From Candidatus Latescibacterota bacterium (GTDB lineage: Bacteria > Latescibacterota > UBA2968), in assembly GCA_038279365.1 (NCBI GenBank), contig JAYODI010000028.1, positions 1-59,408 on the forward strand: DNA of 59,408 nucleotides. The letters are read 5' to 3'. Shown here in pieces: positions 40,560 through 50,701 of this stretch (within the stretch, counting starts at the first letter, position 1; each line of letters starts with the position of its first letter). Position numbers and translations under genes: made by a program. The notes under the pieces are model-generated. The model saw nothing but the letters and a program-made list of their open reading frames with translations. It searched no databases and was not told the origin of the DNA.

Positions 40560-42509
40560 CTATTTTTGATAAACGGGTGTAAACAGGTTTGATTTGGGTG
40601 GTGCACTCATGCCTTCACCCAAATAAAAACTTGTGTGAGGGGGTTGATTATAGGCCACATTTTGCCACGCAATGCCAAGCCGATAAACAGGATCGTGCAT
40701 CAATGTTCGAAACCGATACTTGGTTGGCACAGTGGTCGTATAAATGCGAAGGGTTTGATTGTCACGGGTTCGCCAAATAACTTCTTCTCGCCAATCGCCA
40801 AAAATATCGGCACTCAACACAGGTGTGGCTTTGGTACCATTGTTCGATGTACATTCGGCATCCACCAAAAGGGTGTCTAAAATACTCGCCTGCCAATCCC
40901 ACTTGGCAATATAGTTTTTATCCAAAAGCTCTCTCAATAAGTCACCATCCCACCAAACACCAAAATTGCATGAGCGAGGTTTCACCTCAGAGATGAGCAC
41001 CCCTTTTGCATTATAGATGCCATTTATTTGAGCCCCATTTACCCAATTTTCATGCCCTTTATAACGTGGGTCAATATCAAATGAATTGGCGCGTCCTGGC
41101 CCTTCGCCATCATCACCAGCCTTGATTGATGGTTTTTTCCACAAAATTTCACCCGTCCCTGCGGCTCTAAAATTTGCTCCCGCATCGCCAAACCGCTCCT
41201 GAATATTAAAAACTTCTAACCCAGGATGATCGGGGTCTAAATCTGAAACATGCAGTGCATCGCCATGGCCTAATTTCGTAGAATACAAACCCTTTCCCTG
41301 ATCATCAATCACAGCTGCACCATAAATAATTTCGTCTTTGCCATCTCCATCCACATCTGCCACACCCAAGTTGTGATTGCCCTGTCCACGATAATCTTCA
41401 TTGCCTAACGTACCGTCATCGCTGTCAAATGTCCAACGATGTGTGAGCTTCCCCCCACGCCAATCCCAAGCTGCCAAAACAGATCGGGTATAATATCCCC
41501 GACACATCACCAAACTGGGGTGTTTGCCATCTAAATAGGCAATACACGCCAAAAAACGATCTACCCGATTCCCATACCCATCTCCCCAAATTTCCTGAAG
41601 CTGTTCTGCGGTTGGATGCAGTGTATCTGGGTGACGTGCTGGAATGTAATCGGTGGTTGCAAGAGCTGCACCCGTTTTGCCATCGAAAATGGTCAAATAC
41701 TCCGGCCCTGCCAAAATATACCCTTCATTATTTTGTTCGCGAATTTCACCTGTTCTGCGCGATCGAGACTTTCGCACCGATCCTTTGGGGTTGCGATACA
41801 ACACATTGGAATCTCCAATAACTTTGCCAACACCATCCACAGTGCCATCTGCTGTCTTACACGCCACCTCCGCTTTGCCATCCCCATCTAAATCATACAC
41901 CATAAATTGTGTATAGTGTGCACCTTCGCGAATATTCAAACCCAAATTGATCCGCCACAACAACCTGCCGTCCAATTTATAGGCTTCTAAAACAGGGGCA
42001 TCCGTCAACCCAGGGCGTGAATTGTCTTGCCCGCGTGGTGATTGATGTAAAACAATTTCATATTCACCATCCCCATCCAAATCGCCCACAGAAGCATCAT
42101 TGGGTTGGTAACCCTCGGGTGTTTGCAATGATACCGAAATATATTGTTGAACAGGCGCATTTTTTATTAAAACATAATGCCCCAACCCTTCTTGTTCTGA
42201 ACCATTCAATATCGTTTTGACTCTATACGTATTGATTTTGTCAAAATCTGCCGTTGTGTCTAAAAAAAAAGTGGCATCAACAATCGGCAATCTGTTCAAT
42301 TTCACAAACCCATTGCCACTGTCTCGGTAAACATGAAATGCGATTTCATCGGCATCATTGCCCAACATGCGCCAGCCCACAAATACATTTCCATCGTCTT
42401 GGCGAATGGCCACTACCCCTCGATCCAAATGCTCCATTTGCCGTTGTGCAAACACCGTAGATGTCATAAAAATCGCGCCCCAAACACACATCAACATCTT
42501 AAATCTCAT
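40560..42509 (-). CDS. Secreted rhamnogalacturonan lyase, PL11 (YesW/YesX-like)
   Basis: QRQMEHLDRG, NIREGAHYTQF, RGYYTR, GQGNH, GHGDALH, NGTKATP and AWQNVAYNQPPH motifs. Confidence 0.93.
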   Translation of the reverse strand: MRFKMLMCVWGAIFMTSTVFAQRQMEHLDRGVVAIRQDDGNVFVGWRMLGNDADEIAFHVYRDSGNGFVKLNRLPIVDATFFLDTTADFDKINTYRVKTILNGSEQEGLGHYVLIKNAPVQQYISVSLQTPEGYQPNDASVGDLDGDGEYEIVLHQSPRGQDNSRPGLTDAPVLEAYKLDGRLLWRINLGLNIREGAHYTQFMVYDLDGDGKAEVACKTADGTVDGVGKVIGDSNVLYRNPKGSVRKSRSRRTGEIREQNNEGYILAGPEYLTIFDGKTGAALATTDYIPARHPDTLHPTAEQLQEIWGDGYGNRVDRFLACIAYLDGKHPSLVMCRGYYTRSVLAAWDWRGGKLTHRWTFDSDDGTLGNEDYRGQGNHNLGVADVDGDGKDEIIYGAAVIDDQGKGLYSTKLGHGDALHVSDLDPDHPGLEVFNIQERFGDAGANFRAAGTGEILWKKPSIKAGDDGEGPGRANSFDIDPRYKGHENWVNGAQINGIYNAKGVLISEVKPRSCNFGVWWDGDLLRELLDKNYIAKWDWQASILDTLLVDAECTSNNGTKATPVLSADIFGDWREEVIWRTRDNQTLRIYTTTVPTKYRFRTLMHDPVYRLGIAWQNVAYNQPPHTSFYLGEGMSAPPKSNLFTPVYQK

Positions 42510-42533
42510 TGCCCCATCCTCAGCATAAATGAT

Positions 42534-43646
42534 TTACAAAAAAAACACCCGCACAACAAACCAATATCCACCCATCAACGCCAACCCAATAGATAGAGCA
42601 GGCAGACCATATCGGATAAAATGCGACCACTTTCGCAAACCTAAGATCAATGGCAAACATAACATAGCCACTAAAACTTGCCCCATTTCAACACCCAAAT
42701 TAAAAGAAAACAGGGGCACAATCAAATCCCATCCGTCAGTTCCCAAACCCGTTTCTCTCAACACACTCGCAAACCCAAAACCATGTATCAAACCAAATAC
42801 AAACGTCACCAACCATCTTTTTTTAGGCTCACGCAATAAGTTTTCAATGCCCACATAGATGATAGTAATTGCAATAAGAGGTTCAACTATGTCGCCAGGC
42901 AAAAGAAACCAATCAAATGCCGCGATGCCCAACGTTAAAGAATGGGCCAATGTAAAACAGCTAATGACCACAGCCATTTCTCTAAAATATCGGCAGGCAA
43001 TAATTAAGCCCCCCAAAAACAACAAATGGTCATAACCAGTTAAAATGTGAGCAATACCCAGCTTCAAAAAACGTTTAAAAGAATCCCACATCGTCACAGG
43101 TATAGGCGCCTTGAATGAAACAGCATACCCGTCATTTCCCTTAATCAACAACTCCCATCCCAAAGATTGTCCCTCTTCACCATAAACCTGCAATGTTGCT
43201 TCATGCGCTTCTGGCATCAAATCCAGGTAGCGTGCTCGAAAGTCCAACCGCTTACCGTAGGGTTTGGGGTAATACAACCAAAAAATCACGTCATCTTTAT
43301 CGGCATCATAAACCACATCGGCGCGTTCCAAAGTGATAACATTGCCATCTACCGTAACATCAAACAGGTCAAAAATGGCATATTTTACAAACAAAGGCTT
43401 TACTTCGTCAAAATTATCTGGGTAAATATATGGTGCATTTTCCACCCGATCTCGCACCAACAAACGTGCTTCACCCGGTGTTAAAACCACCTCCAATATC
43501 AATGCTTCAGATGATATTCGCGCAGCCGTCCAACTCGCCAAAGGTTCATGCGCTTCAATATCCATCATGACAAAAAACTTAATAAAACAGAATAAACAAA
43601 AAAACCACCGATGAACGTTCATTCGCACCCTGTTGATTTTTCCCAT
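42534..43646 (-). CDS. HupE/UreJ-like membrane protein with an N-terminal extracytoplasmic domain; start uncertain
   Basis: LGIAHILTGYDHLLF, FTLAHSLTL, FGLIHGFGFA and FNLGVEMGQ motifs. Confidence 0.85.
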   Translation of the reverse strand: MGKINRVRMNVHRWFFCLFCFIKFFVMMDIEAHEPLASWTAARISSEALILEVVLTPGEARLLVRDRVENAPYIYPDNFDEVKPLFVKYAIFDLFDVTVDGNVITLERADVVYDADKDDVIFWLYYPKPYGKRLDFRARYLDLMPEAHEATLQVYGEEGQSLGWELLIKGNDGYAVSFKAPIPVTMWDSFKRFLKLGIAHILTGYDHLLFLGGLIIACRYFREMAVVISCFTLAHSLTLGIAAFDWFLLPGDIVEPLIAITIIYVGIENLLREPKKRWLVTFVFGLIHGFGFASVLRETGLGTDGWDLIVPLFSFNLGVEMGQVLVAMLCLPLILGLRKWSHFIRYGLPALSIGLALMGGYWFVVRVFFL

Positions 43647-43697
43647 CTCATTTTACATTGCTCCCGCCGTCTGATTCAATCTTCATAATCTGCGTCA

Positions 43698-45749
43698 TCA
43701 AGGCATGGGTTTAAGCCCTTCCCATTTTACTTTCCATTGGCCATTTTGAGGAAAACCTGGACAGTCCTCATCATCGGCCCCATCCCACCCTGCTGCCATC
43801 ATCGCAACTGTCGTTAACAAACCGCCATTACCCGGCAAATACAAAGGCAATCTTTCGGCCTGAAAATTATGGCCATTGAGCAAGTAACGGTTTTTCACCA
43901 CATCCAATAACAACAAATCGATGGCCAGCTCACCCAAACCCAATCGCGCAGCACACATTGCCGCAACAGGGAAATCCCATCCCCAAGCACGCTCCCAATC
44001 CCACACATCTCGCGTCTTTGCAAGCGTGGCCTGCATCTTGGCTTTGTCTACACACCGACCAGGCATCACGCCCAAGGCCGCCAAAAACGACGGATGATCG
44101 CGCCATAAATCAGGGTCACCCCAGCTGTCTTGTCGATTCTCCGCAGCCAAATATAATCCCTCTTTTTCAGGCAAGGGTGCCAGATGCGAAATAACATGAT
44201 CCCATAGATCATTTCGGCACAACCCCAAACGTACGCGCCATTGTTGAGCAACCTCCAATGCCCAATGCCAGTATTCAAGTTCATATGTGGGATTTTTTGT
44301 CACGGCATATTTGTGATTTTCTTGTGCAGGAATTAACGGTGGCCCCAAATCATATTGTGCCTTTTGATCATTCCAATGGGCATAAGAGGCCATAAAGTCT
44401 GCGGTTTCAAACACGATCTCACGATACAAATTTAATGTTTCTTCATTTTGATGCTGGCGATAACACAACTCGGCATAATAAATAGGATGGGGCTGTTGCC
44501 AAATGAGCATTGGCCCAACACCAGAAGGAGACTCGTGCCCTTCTGGTCCCACCATTTTTGGCCATCTCACGCCCTTATACCCTTGTCTTTGGGCAGTCTC
44601 ACGTGCAAGACCAATTATCTTTTGATAATAAACCAAATTGTTTTCCAGCATACCTATGCGCCCCCATAGCGCAAAGTGTACCCCATGCCACCAATGCATC
44701 TCCAAATGAAATTTCCCAAACCAACTGTTACAGGTCAGCCCAGTTTCTGCTGGAGGTAATGCACCACAACTTTGAATGGCCGTGACATACTGCGACAGCA
44801 CAATTCTGCGTTCCAATTCCATCCAACGCGCATCAATACTTTCAGACAAATCAATGGCACCCCCGCTTTTCCAAAAGTTCACCCAATGCTTTTCCGATGC
44901 CTCCCTAACCTCTTGAACGCATATTTCTCGCAATAAATTTTTTGAAAATGAAACCGTAAAGTTTAATTCCATCATATCAGGACGTGAGGTCCACAATTCA
45001 ACACAATGTTCACGAGGTAATTCCCATGTCACTTTTTCTTGTGAAGAGATCGCACATTCATATGCTAGATCATCCAGTTTGTGTTCTATCACCACGCTTT
45101 GATTAGCTTGCGAAACCACTCGTGTATTATGACGGTCACTGTGCCCCCAATCTGACGGACTGCGTCCCCACGCAGCAGACGTATATGGAAATCGGACCGA
45201 CACACCCAACTTGCCATTGGCAATCAAAGGCGTAACAACACGAATACCAATGGTATCTTGTTCTGGATGACACATCGTTTCTACCAACACATCATATCCG
45301 GCCAATTTAAATTGGCTCACCAACTTCCCGTGCCACAAATCCAATTCTTGATGCACGTTTTGAATATCATCTACCCCAAGGTCATGCTCAAATAGATCCC
45401 TTGTCACAAAAGCAATCTGCGCCAAATTACTCTGGTGCGGATTGGCACGCAACCAATCTGTCTGCATAGACTTTGTCCGAAGCGGATATGACACTGAACG
45501 GCCATAGGTATCTACATCTAACAACGATTCTTCAAACCGAACCTGATCAACATTGGGATGCGAATTCCACCCCCATTCGGCCATGGTATTAAGCGTCACA
45601 CCATCTTCATACCATGCACCAAGTGTTTGAAGACCCGTTATGTCTGCTGTAAAAACAAACCGACCATTGCCTACAGAAAGGGGAGACCAAATATCCGCGG
45701 CTTTCAAATTGATATTGTGGCGTGAAACCAATTTTTTGCGATCAATCAT
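43698..45749 (-). CDS. Six-hairpin glycoside hydrolase (GH65-like)
   Basis: LSVGNG..TADITGLQT, PPAETGL..NSWFGKFHLEM, WQQPHPI and YLPGNGGLL motifs. Confidence 0.7.
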   Translation of the reverse strand: MIDRKKLVSRHNINLKAADIWSPLSVGNGRFVFTADITGLQTLGAWYEDGVTLNTMAEWGWNSHPNVDQVRFEESLLDVDTYGRSVSYPLRTKSMQTDWLRANPHQSNLAQIAFVTRDLFEHDLGVDDIQNVHQELDLWHGKLVSQFKLAGYDVLVETMCHPEQDTIGIRVVTPLIANGKLGVSVRFPYTSAAWGRSPSDWGHSDRHNTRVVSQANQSVVIEHKLDDLAYECAISSQEKVTWELPREHCVELWTSRPDMMELNFTVSFSKNLLREICVQEVREASEKHWVNFWKSGGAIDLSESIDARWMELERRIVLSQYVTAIQSCGALPPAETGLTCNSWFGKFHLEMHWWHGVHFALWGRIGMLENNLVYYQKIIGLARETAQRQGYKGVRWPKMVGPEGHESPSGVGPMLIWQQPHPIYYAELCYRQHQNEETLNLYREIVFETADFMASYAHWNDQKAQYDLGPPLIPAQENHKYAVTKNPTYELEYWHWALEVAQQWRVRLGLCRNDLWDHVISHLAPLPEKEGLYLAAENRQDSWGDPDLWRDHPSFLAALGVMPGRCVDKAKMQATLAKTRDVWDWERAWGWDFPVAAMCAARLGLGELAIDLLLLDVVKNRYLLNGHNFQAERLPLYLPGNGGLLTTVAMMAAGWDGADDEDCPGFPQNGQWKVKWEGLKPMP

Positions 45750-45909
45750 CTTATTCCCCGTTGTTTATATGACCAAAGGGATTCACCTTTTCGCCATTGC
45801 GATCACGACCAATAATTAAAGGCCTCAACGAATATCCTTGTTTGCATTGAGCTTGAGCAATACCATCAACTCGTTTAGCACCATTTTATATATCATCCAT
45901 TATCCAAAT

Positions 45910-46821
45910 TTACACAGGCAGGTTTTTGGAAACAGCCAAATGATTCTCTGCCAAATGTGCCCACACCTTGCCCATCACCCAATCGGGCTGTGGAGCACTA
46001 ACCACCCTACAATAATTGGATTGTAAAATACCCGCACGTTGAAAAATTGTTTTATGCAACCAAATCCCACCCCCCGCAGCCCCACCAGCCGCCGTCAAAC
46101 GGTTCAATGGCAATATTTTTTGATAATAAACATCTGAAGCACCTTTCAAACTTCCTGCCGCATACAAGTCACACACTTCACCAAAAGCATCTATAATAGC
46201 AGGATGTGGCAATGTGCCCACGGAACCACGTTCCAATTCTTCCAATAGAAGGCCTCCATTTGAACCTCCCAAAACCGTCACATCTCGATCACCAGAAACC
46301 TTTAGCAAGCCTTCTTTGACCAACCCCATCTTGTGTGGCGCACCCGGTGATTCTAATTTTAAACTATTGACATTTTTTGCTTCTTCTACAGCACGTAATA
46401 ACACGTCTGACGAAGCATTGCCGTTTGCATCTTGAATCATCAATTCAATATTCACTTCTTCTGACAAGTCGCGAAACAAAGCCACCAGTTCATCACCTTT
46501 ACGACCTTCGGGGTTCACCATAGCACAATCGACACCACACCATTTGGCCAATTTTGTTCGTGCAATAATCCCTTCTCGGCTTGCATGCGTGGTAGCCGCC
46601 ACGATCGGTACTTTGCCATTCACATGTCGCACAGTAGCAGACCACACATCTTCCAACTCGGCATCGGTCAACAAATGGCTCTCACTGCCCCAACCAAAAA
46701 CAAGCGCTTTAGAGCCCGCAGCCAGACAAAAATCGAGCTGTCGCAACAAACTGTCTTCATCCACTTTACCACTGTCTGTAAACGGTGTAACCAACACGGG
46801 TACCGCACCACGAATAAGCAT
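45910..46821 (-). CDS. Dihydrodipicolinate synthase/N-acetylneuraminate lyase family aldolase or dehydratase
   Basis: PVLVTPF..VDEDSL, GWGSE and Schiff-base Lys in SLKLES. Confidence 0.82.
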   Translation of the reverse strand: MLIRGAVPVLVTPFTDSGKVDEDSLLRQLDFCLAAGSKALVFGWGSESHLLTDAELEDVWSATVRHVNGKVPIVAATTHASREGIIARTKLAKWCGVDCAMVNPEGRKGDELVALFRDLSEEVNIELMIQDANGNASSDVLLRAVEEAKNVNSLKLESPGAPHKMGLVKEGLLKVSGDRDVTVLGGSNGGLLLEELERGSVGTLPHPAIIDAFGEVCDLYAAGSLKGASDVYYQKILPLNRLTAAGGAAGGGIWLHKTIFQRAGILQSNYCRVVSAPQPDWVMGKVWAHLAENHLAVSKNLPV

Positions 46822-46915
46822 ATAAAAAATCCTCCACGTTGATACAAGCGTAACGACCCGAAAGTCTCATCTTGGCGTTTAAAACCCTAACATATAAACG
46901 CTGAAATATGTGACA

Positions 46916-48328
46916 TTATTTGTCCTCCCGTAAGCGCACCCCCACCAAAACGCCCAGCACAGGAAATGCCGCAAAAACTAAAAAGGTATTTTGATAGGCA
47001 GTCACTGTGGTCATTGAAGCATCCAAATTTTGTTGCAGAATCACACCGCTTAATGCCATACCAATTGTTGCTCCAACAAAGCGAAACATGCTGTATAACC
47101 CCGTAGCCCCCCCCACCTCATCTTTGGGCACACTGGCAATAACTGCCCGATGCAAAGCGGCCAACATGACACCCACACCCAACCCATGCAATGCCAAAGT
47201 AAGAACAATAACCCACAACCCCGTTGTTGACGAAAATTGCGAAAATAACAACATAACCACACACTGCACACTCAAACCAATCACTGCAGGAGGACGACTT
47301 GTCCACCGATCTGCAAGCCCTCCACCAACACGAACAACCAATGCCATGGCCCCCGAATTAACCATCAACATCAATCCCAATACCTCTGCCCCCAAATGAT
47401 GTAAGTCTACCAAATAGAGCGGTATCAAAAATGTCAACCCACCCATGACCACCATACGAATAGACGCACAAAAAGTGGCCTGACAAAACACCCGATTGCG
47501 AAACATGTGAAGCAAAACAAAAGGGTTATCCGTTCTTTTCTCCCACCAAATAAACAGCCCAATAAAAACCACAATGGCAACAAATAATCGCCAATCGTGT
47601 AACGAGGCCACACCTGTAATAAGCCTGCTGGATATAAAAAATGTGACACTGGTTAAAATCAGCGCAACCAGCACCACCCCCACCCAGTCAAATGTGCGCC
47701 AAAAACGCACAGGCTTTTTTTCTTTTTGTTTTGGCAACCCCCAAAAGACGGCACCAAAAGCAATTACACCAACTATTAGAGGTGGCCAAAATGCCCCCAC
47801 CCACCCCCAGGCAGACACCAAAAAACCTGCCCAGAGTGGGCCAATAAACCCCACGGTTGGTCCCACCGAACTCCAAGTGCCGATTGATTTGCCACGCCCC
47901 TCTGCAGGAAACAATTCTGAAATAACGGCCAAACTCAATGGCATAATACCCGCAAGACCAAATCCCTGTATCGCCCGCCCCAGCATCAGCCAAATCAAAT
48001 CTTGAGCAGAAACAGTAAGCCCAGTACCCACGGCAAAAATACCTATGCCCGCCAGCATCAATCCACGTTTGTCAATACCATCACTCAACCGACCATAAAC
48101 GGGCATCAAAATCATAAATGGCACACCAAACGCCACTGCCACCCAAGACGTCATATCTGCCGAAATTTGAAATTCATCGCGAATAACAGGCAGTGCCACT
48201 CGCGACATCGTAGATACCATAGGCATCAATGTTGCGGGAAACATCAAACTGAATAAAATGCGTCGTGTATATTGCACAGATTCCGTCTCGGCCTCCCCCC
48301 TATTACCAATTATGCAATGAGAACTCAA
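46916..48328 (-). CDS. MFS transporter (DHA2-like); start uncertain
   Basis: YGRLSDGIDKR motif A, GRAIQG, many hydrophobic segments. Confidence 0.88.
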   Translation of the reverse strand: MSSHCIIGNRGEAETESVQYTRRILFSLMFPATLMPMVSTMSRVALPVIRDEFQISADMTSWVAVAFGVPFMILMPVYGRLSDGIDKRGLMLAGIGIFAVGTGLTVSAQDLIWLMLGRAIQGFGLAGIMPLSLAVISELFPAEGRGKSIGTWSSVGPTVGFIGPLWAGFLVSAWGWVGAFWPPLIVGVIAFGAVFWGLPKQKEKKPVRFWRTFDWVGVVLVALILTSVTFFISSRLITGVASLHDWRLFVAIVVFIGLFIWWEKRTDNPFVLLHMFRNRVFCQATFCASIRMVVMGGLTFLIPLYLVDLHHLGAEVLGLMLMVNSGAMALVVRVGGGLADRWTSRPPAVIGLSVQCVVMLLFSQFSSTTGLWVIVLTLALHGLGVGVMLAALHRAVIASVPKDEVGGATGLYSMFRFVGATIGMALSGVILQQNLDASMTTVTAYQNTFLVFAAFPVLGVLVGVRLREDK

Positions 48329-48493
48329 AATAACCCCTTATTATTGATATGTGAATCATACACTTTAAAAACACACCCAACAGTCATTTAACCCAAAGAA
48401 AAAGAAACCACGCTCCATTTTCACATGATTCAAGGAACATATTTTACCAAGGACGCACTCAAAAACGTCACACAAAAGCTCACCGTCAAGCAA

Positions 48494-48528
48494 TAAAGAA
48501 GCCGTGTGGCATGATAACCACACGGCTT
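48494..48528 (-). terminator. Probable terminator after the ECF sigma gene
   Basis: AAGCCGTGTGG/CCACACGGCTT stem. Confidence 0.6.
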
Positions 48529-48562
48529 TGTCTCCATATATATTTTAGCCAAGAACCATTTT

Positions 48563-49195
48563 CTATAAGCTGTTCAAAGCTTTGCGCGTACCATCACCCT
48601 CCCAATAATTGCGATAGCGCATATCCCACATTTTTTTAAGTTGAGTACGCCCTCTAAAAAGTCTGGATTTCACAGTACCGACAGAGCAATCCAAAACCTC
48701 TGCAATTTCATCATACCCCAATCCATCAATTTCCCGCAAAATAACAGCCACCCGATACTCATTTTGCAACTTTGACAAAGCATGTTCCAACATATATTGA
48801 AATTCACCTGTTTCAACTTGGTTATCCGTTGACTCAGAAGATTCGTATCGATCAAACACACTTTGGCCATCTTCACAAAATTCACTTACCTCTTTTTGCA
48901 CACGAGGCGTCTTGCACCAGTCTTTCCAACAGTTTACACCAATGCGATACAACCAAGTATAAAACTGTGCGCGTCCTTCAAAACCAGGCAATGCACGGTG
49001 CGTTTTTAAGAATGTTTCTTGTGCCAAATCATCTGCTTCGTCCCAATCACCTACCAGTGCGTAGAGCATATTAAAAAGTTGGTGATGATATCTTTTTACC
49101 AACAAAGAAAATGCACCCTGATCACCCTTTTGGGCCAAAAGGATCAATTCATAGTCATCCAGATCATTTTTTTCTAAATCTACGAAGTGTGCCAT
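48563..49195 (-). CDS. ECF sigma factor (RpoE-like)
   Basis: DDLAQETF, FYTWLYRI and LREIDGLGYDEIAE..GTVKSRLFRGR motifs. Confidence 0.92.
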   Translation of the reverse strand: MAHFVDLEKNDLDDYELILLAQKGDQGAFSLLVKRYHHQLFNMLYALVGDWDEADDLAQETFLKTHRALPGFEGRAQFYTWLYRIGVNCWKDWCKTPRVQKEVSEFCEDGQSVFDRYESSESTDNQVETGEFQYMLEHALSKLQNEYRVAVILREIDGLGYDEIAEVLDCSVGTVKSRLFRGRTQLKKMWDMRYRNYWEGDGTRKALNSL

Positions 49196-49499
49196 ATTAC
49201 GCTTTCAATTTTCCAAACACTAGGCGTTACACAGATACAAGTAGTTTGAATTATGGATATTATTCATAAAATTTAAAGAAGTAACTACTCACTTACTTAA
49301 CATAGCTTAATATATACCTTACGTTTTATATGTCAACCCCTTAAAATCCATCTTTCATACATACCACACCGTCCGCTGACACACAAAAAACGATTTAAAA
49401 TTTTTAATAACAATACCTTACTTCACCTACCCACAGATACCAAGAAATTGCCATATTGAAAAAATATGGTTATGCATACAAGTCACACATCGCGCTGAT

Positions 49500-49862
49500 C
49501 TAATTGATTTGTTGCCCTTCTCGCACCACAATTATCTTTTTGGCACCCAAAACGTATCGCACAAACCGCCCATCCCACATTTGGCCATTTTTATACGTGC
49601 CATTACCAATCACCCGCCCACTCTCGTCATAAAATGTCCACTGACCGTGTGGTTCATCATTTGCATAAGCCCCAGCTACTTTGCGGGTGCCATCTTTCCA
49701 ATAAAACTGCCAAAGCCCCGTCTTTTTCCCATTTTTATAAAAACCTTCTTCTTTGATTGTACCATTGGGGTAATGGTCCACAAACGCCCCATCAGATGGC
49801 CCACAAGATACGATCCCCCAGCCACAAAACAAAATAATAAGCAGGCCATTTTTAAGAAACAT
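49500..49862 (-). CDS. MORN-variant repeat (YwqK-like) lipoprotein
   Basis: Lipobox IVSC; repeats YPNGTIKEEGFYKNGKKTGLW. Confidence 0.8.
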   Translation of the reverse strand: MFLKNGLLIILFCGWGIVSCGPSDGAFVDHYPNGTIKEEGFYKNGKKTGLWQFYWKDGTRKVAGAYANDEPHGQWTFYDESGRVIGNGTYKNGQMWDGRFVRYVLGAKKIIVVREGQQIN

Positions 49863-49877
49863 ACCCTTACCTCAAAT

Positions 49878-49910
49878 AAAAAACGCCTCTGAAATCATTC
49901 AGAGGCGTTT
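49878..49910 (-). terminator. Intrinsic terminator-like hairpin between the two MORN genes
   Basis: AAACGCCTCTGAA/TTCAGAGGCGTTT stem. Confidence 0.65.
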
Positions 49911-49915
49911 GCAAC

Positions 49916-50389
49916 TCAACCTTTTAGCGGATTGCCTAAGCGCCCCTGTTTATACTCTCGCCAACCAACCAGTTTGCCATTTTCAAAAAGCTTTTCCGTA
50001 GAATAGTAATACGATGGATCATATTCTTTCCATAGGCCTGTCTTTTTTCCATATAAATATGTGCCTTCGGCCTTTTTTCCACCACTGGGATAATATTCTA
50101 TCCAATACCCGTCTCGCTGCCCATTTGTCCAAGTACCTTCGGCTTGTTTGTTGCCATTATCATGATATAATATTTCAAGGCCATTTTGCATTTTGCCGTT
50201 TTGATAAGTGCCTTGTCCTTTCACCTCTCCCAGTTCATCAAAATAAGTCCAAGTGCCAGATCTTGCACCATTATCATATTCTCCATTTGCAACAATCTGA
50301 CCCATATGTTTAACCTGAACGACGCCTTCAAACCGTTGACACCCAGTAACCATGACCAAGGCAATAAGGGCAATGACCACACGTTTCAT
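49916..50389 (-). CDS. MORN-variant repeat (YwqK-like) lipoprotein
   Basis: GGAGG RBS; MKR..LVMVTGC lipobox; repeats YHDNGNKQAEGTWTNGQRDGYW. Confidence 0.82.
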   Translation of the reverse strand: MKRVVIALIALVMVTGCQRFEGVVQVKHMGQIVANGEYDNGARSGTWTYFDELGEVKGQGTYQNGKMQNGLEILYHDNGNKQAEGTWTNGQRDGYWIEYYPSGGKKAEGTYLYGKKTGLWKEYDPSYYYSTEKLFENGKLVGWREYKQGRLGNPLKG

Positions 50390-50647
50390 GCTACAATCCT
50401 CCCTATTTAAAACCGACCATCGGATCCGTAAAAATAAAACACCATTTGGAATTGAAGATGGTAGAATATAAGCAACCACTCCAAGAACGCAAAGCAAGAA
50501 ACCGACAATATCAGTAAGATAATGATATTAAAAGACTTTTTCACATAGATGAAATTGTTATATTATTTAAGTTTTACAATATATCTCACCCTCAAAAAAA
50601 CAACATTCATACGATTAAACCGATCCGTTAGTTGAATCAACATCCTC

Positions 50648-50673
50648 GTTATTGTATTTAATCTTACAATAAC
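50648..50673. promoter_or_regulatory. Candidate operator upstream of the XRE-cyclase gene
   Basis: GTTATTGTA-N8-TACAATAAC perfect inverted repeat, 28 nt before ATG 50702. Confidence 0.55.
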
Positions 50674-50701
50674 CTACTTTTGCAACGTTCCCAGAATAAG
50701 G

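Noticed and set aside
45751-45900. Minus-strand frame (..KRVDGIAQAQ..LIIGRDRNGEKVNPF..) with an early TAA
   Set aside because: Could be a gene remnant, but it has no usable start and no recognisable homology.
49500-50389. YwqK-like genes as a toxin-antitoxin or defence system
   Set aside because: No toxin gene is adjacent; both are lipoproteins with generic MORN-variant repeats.
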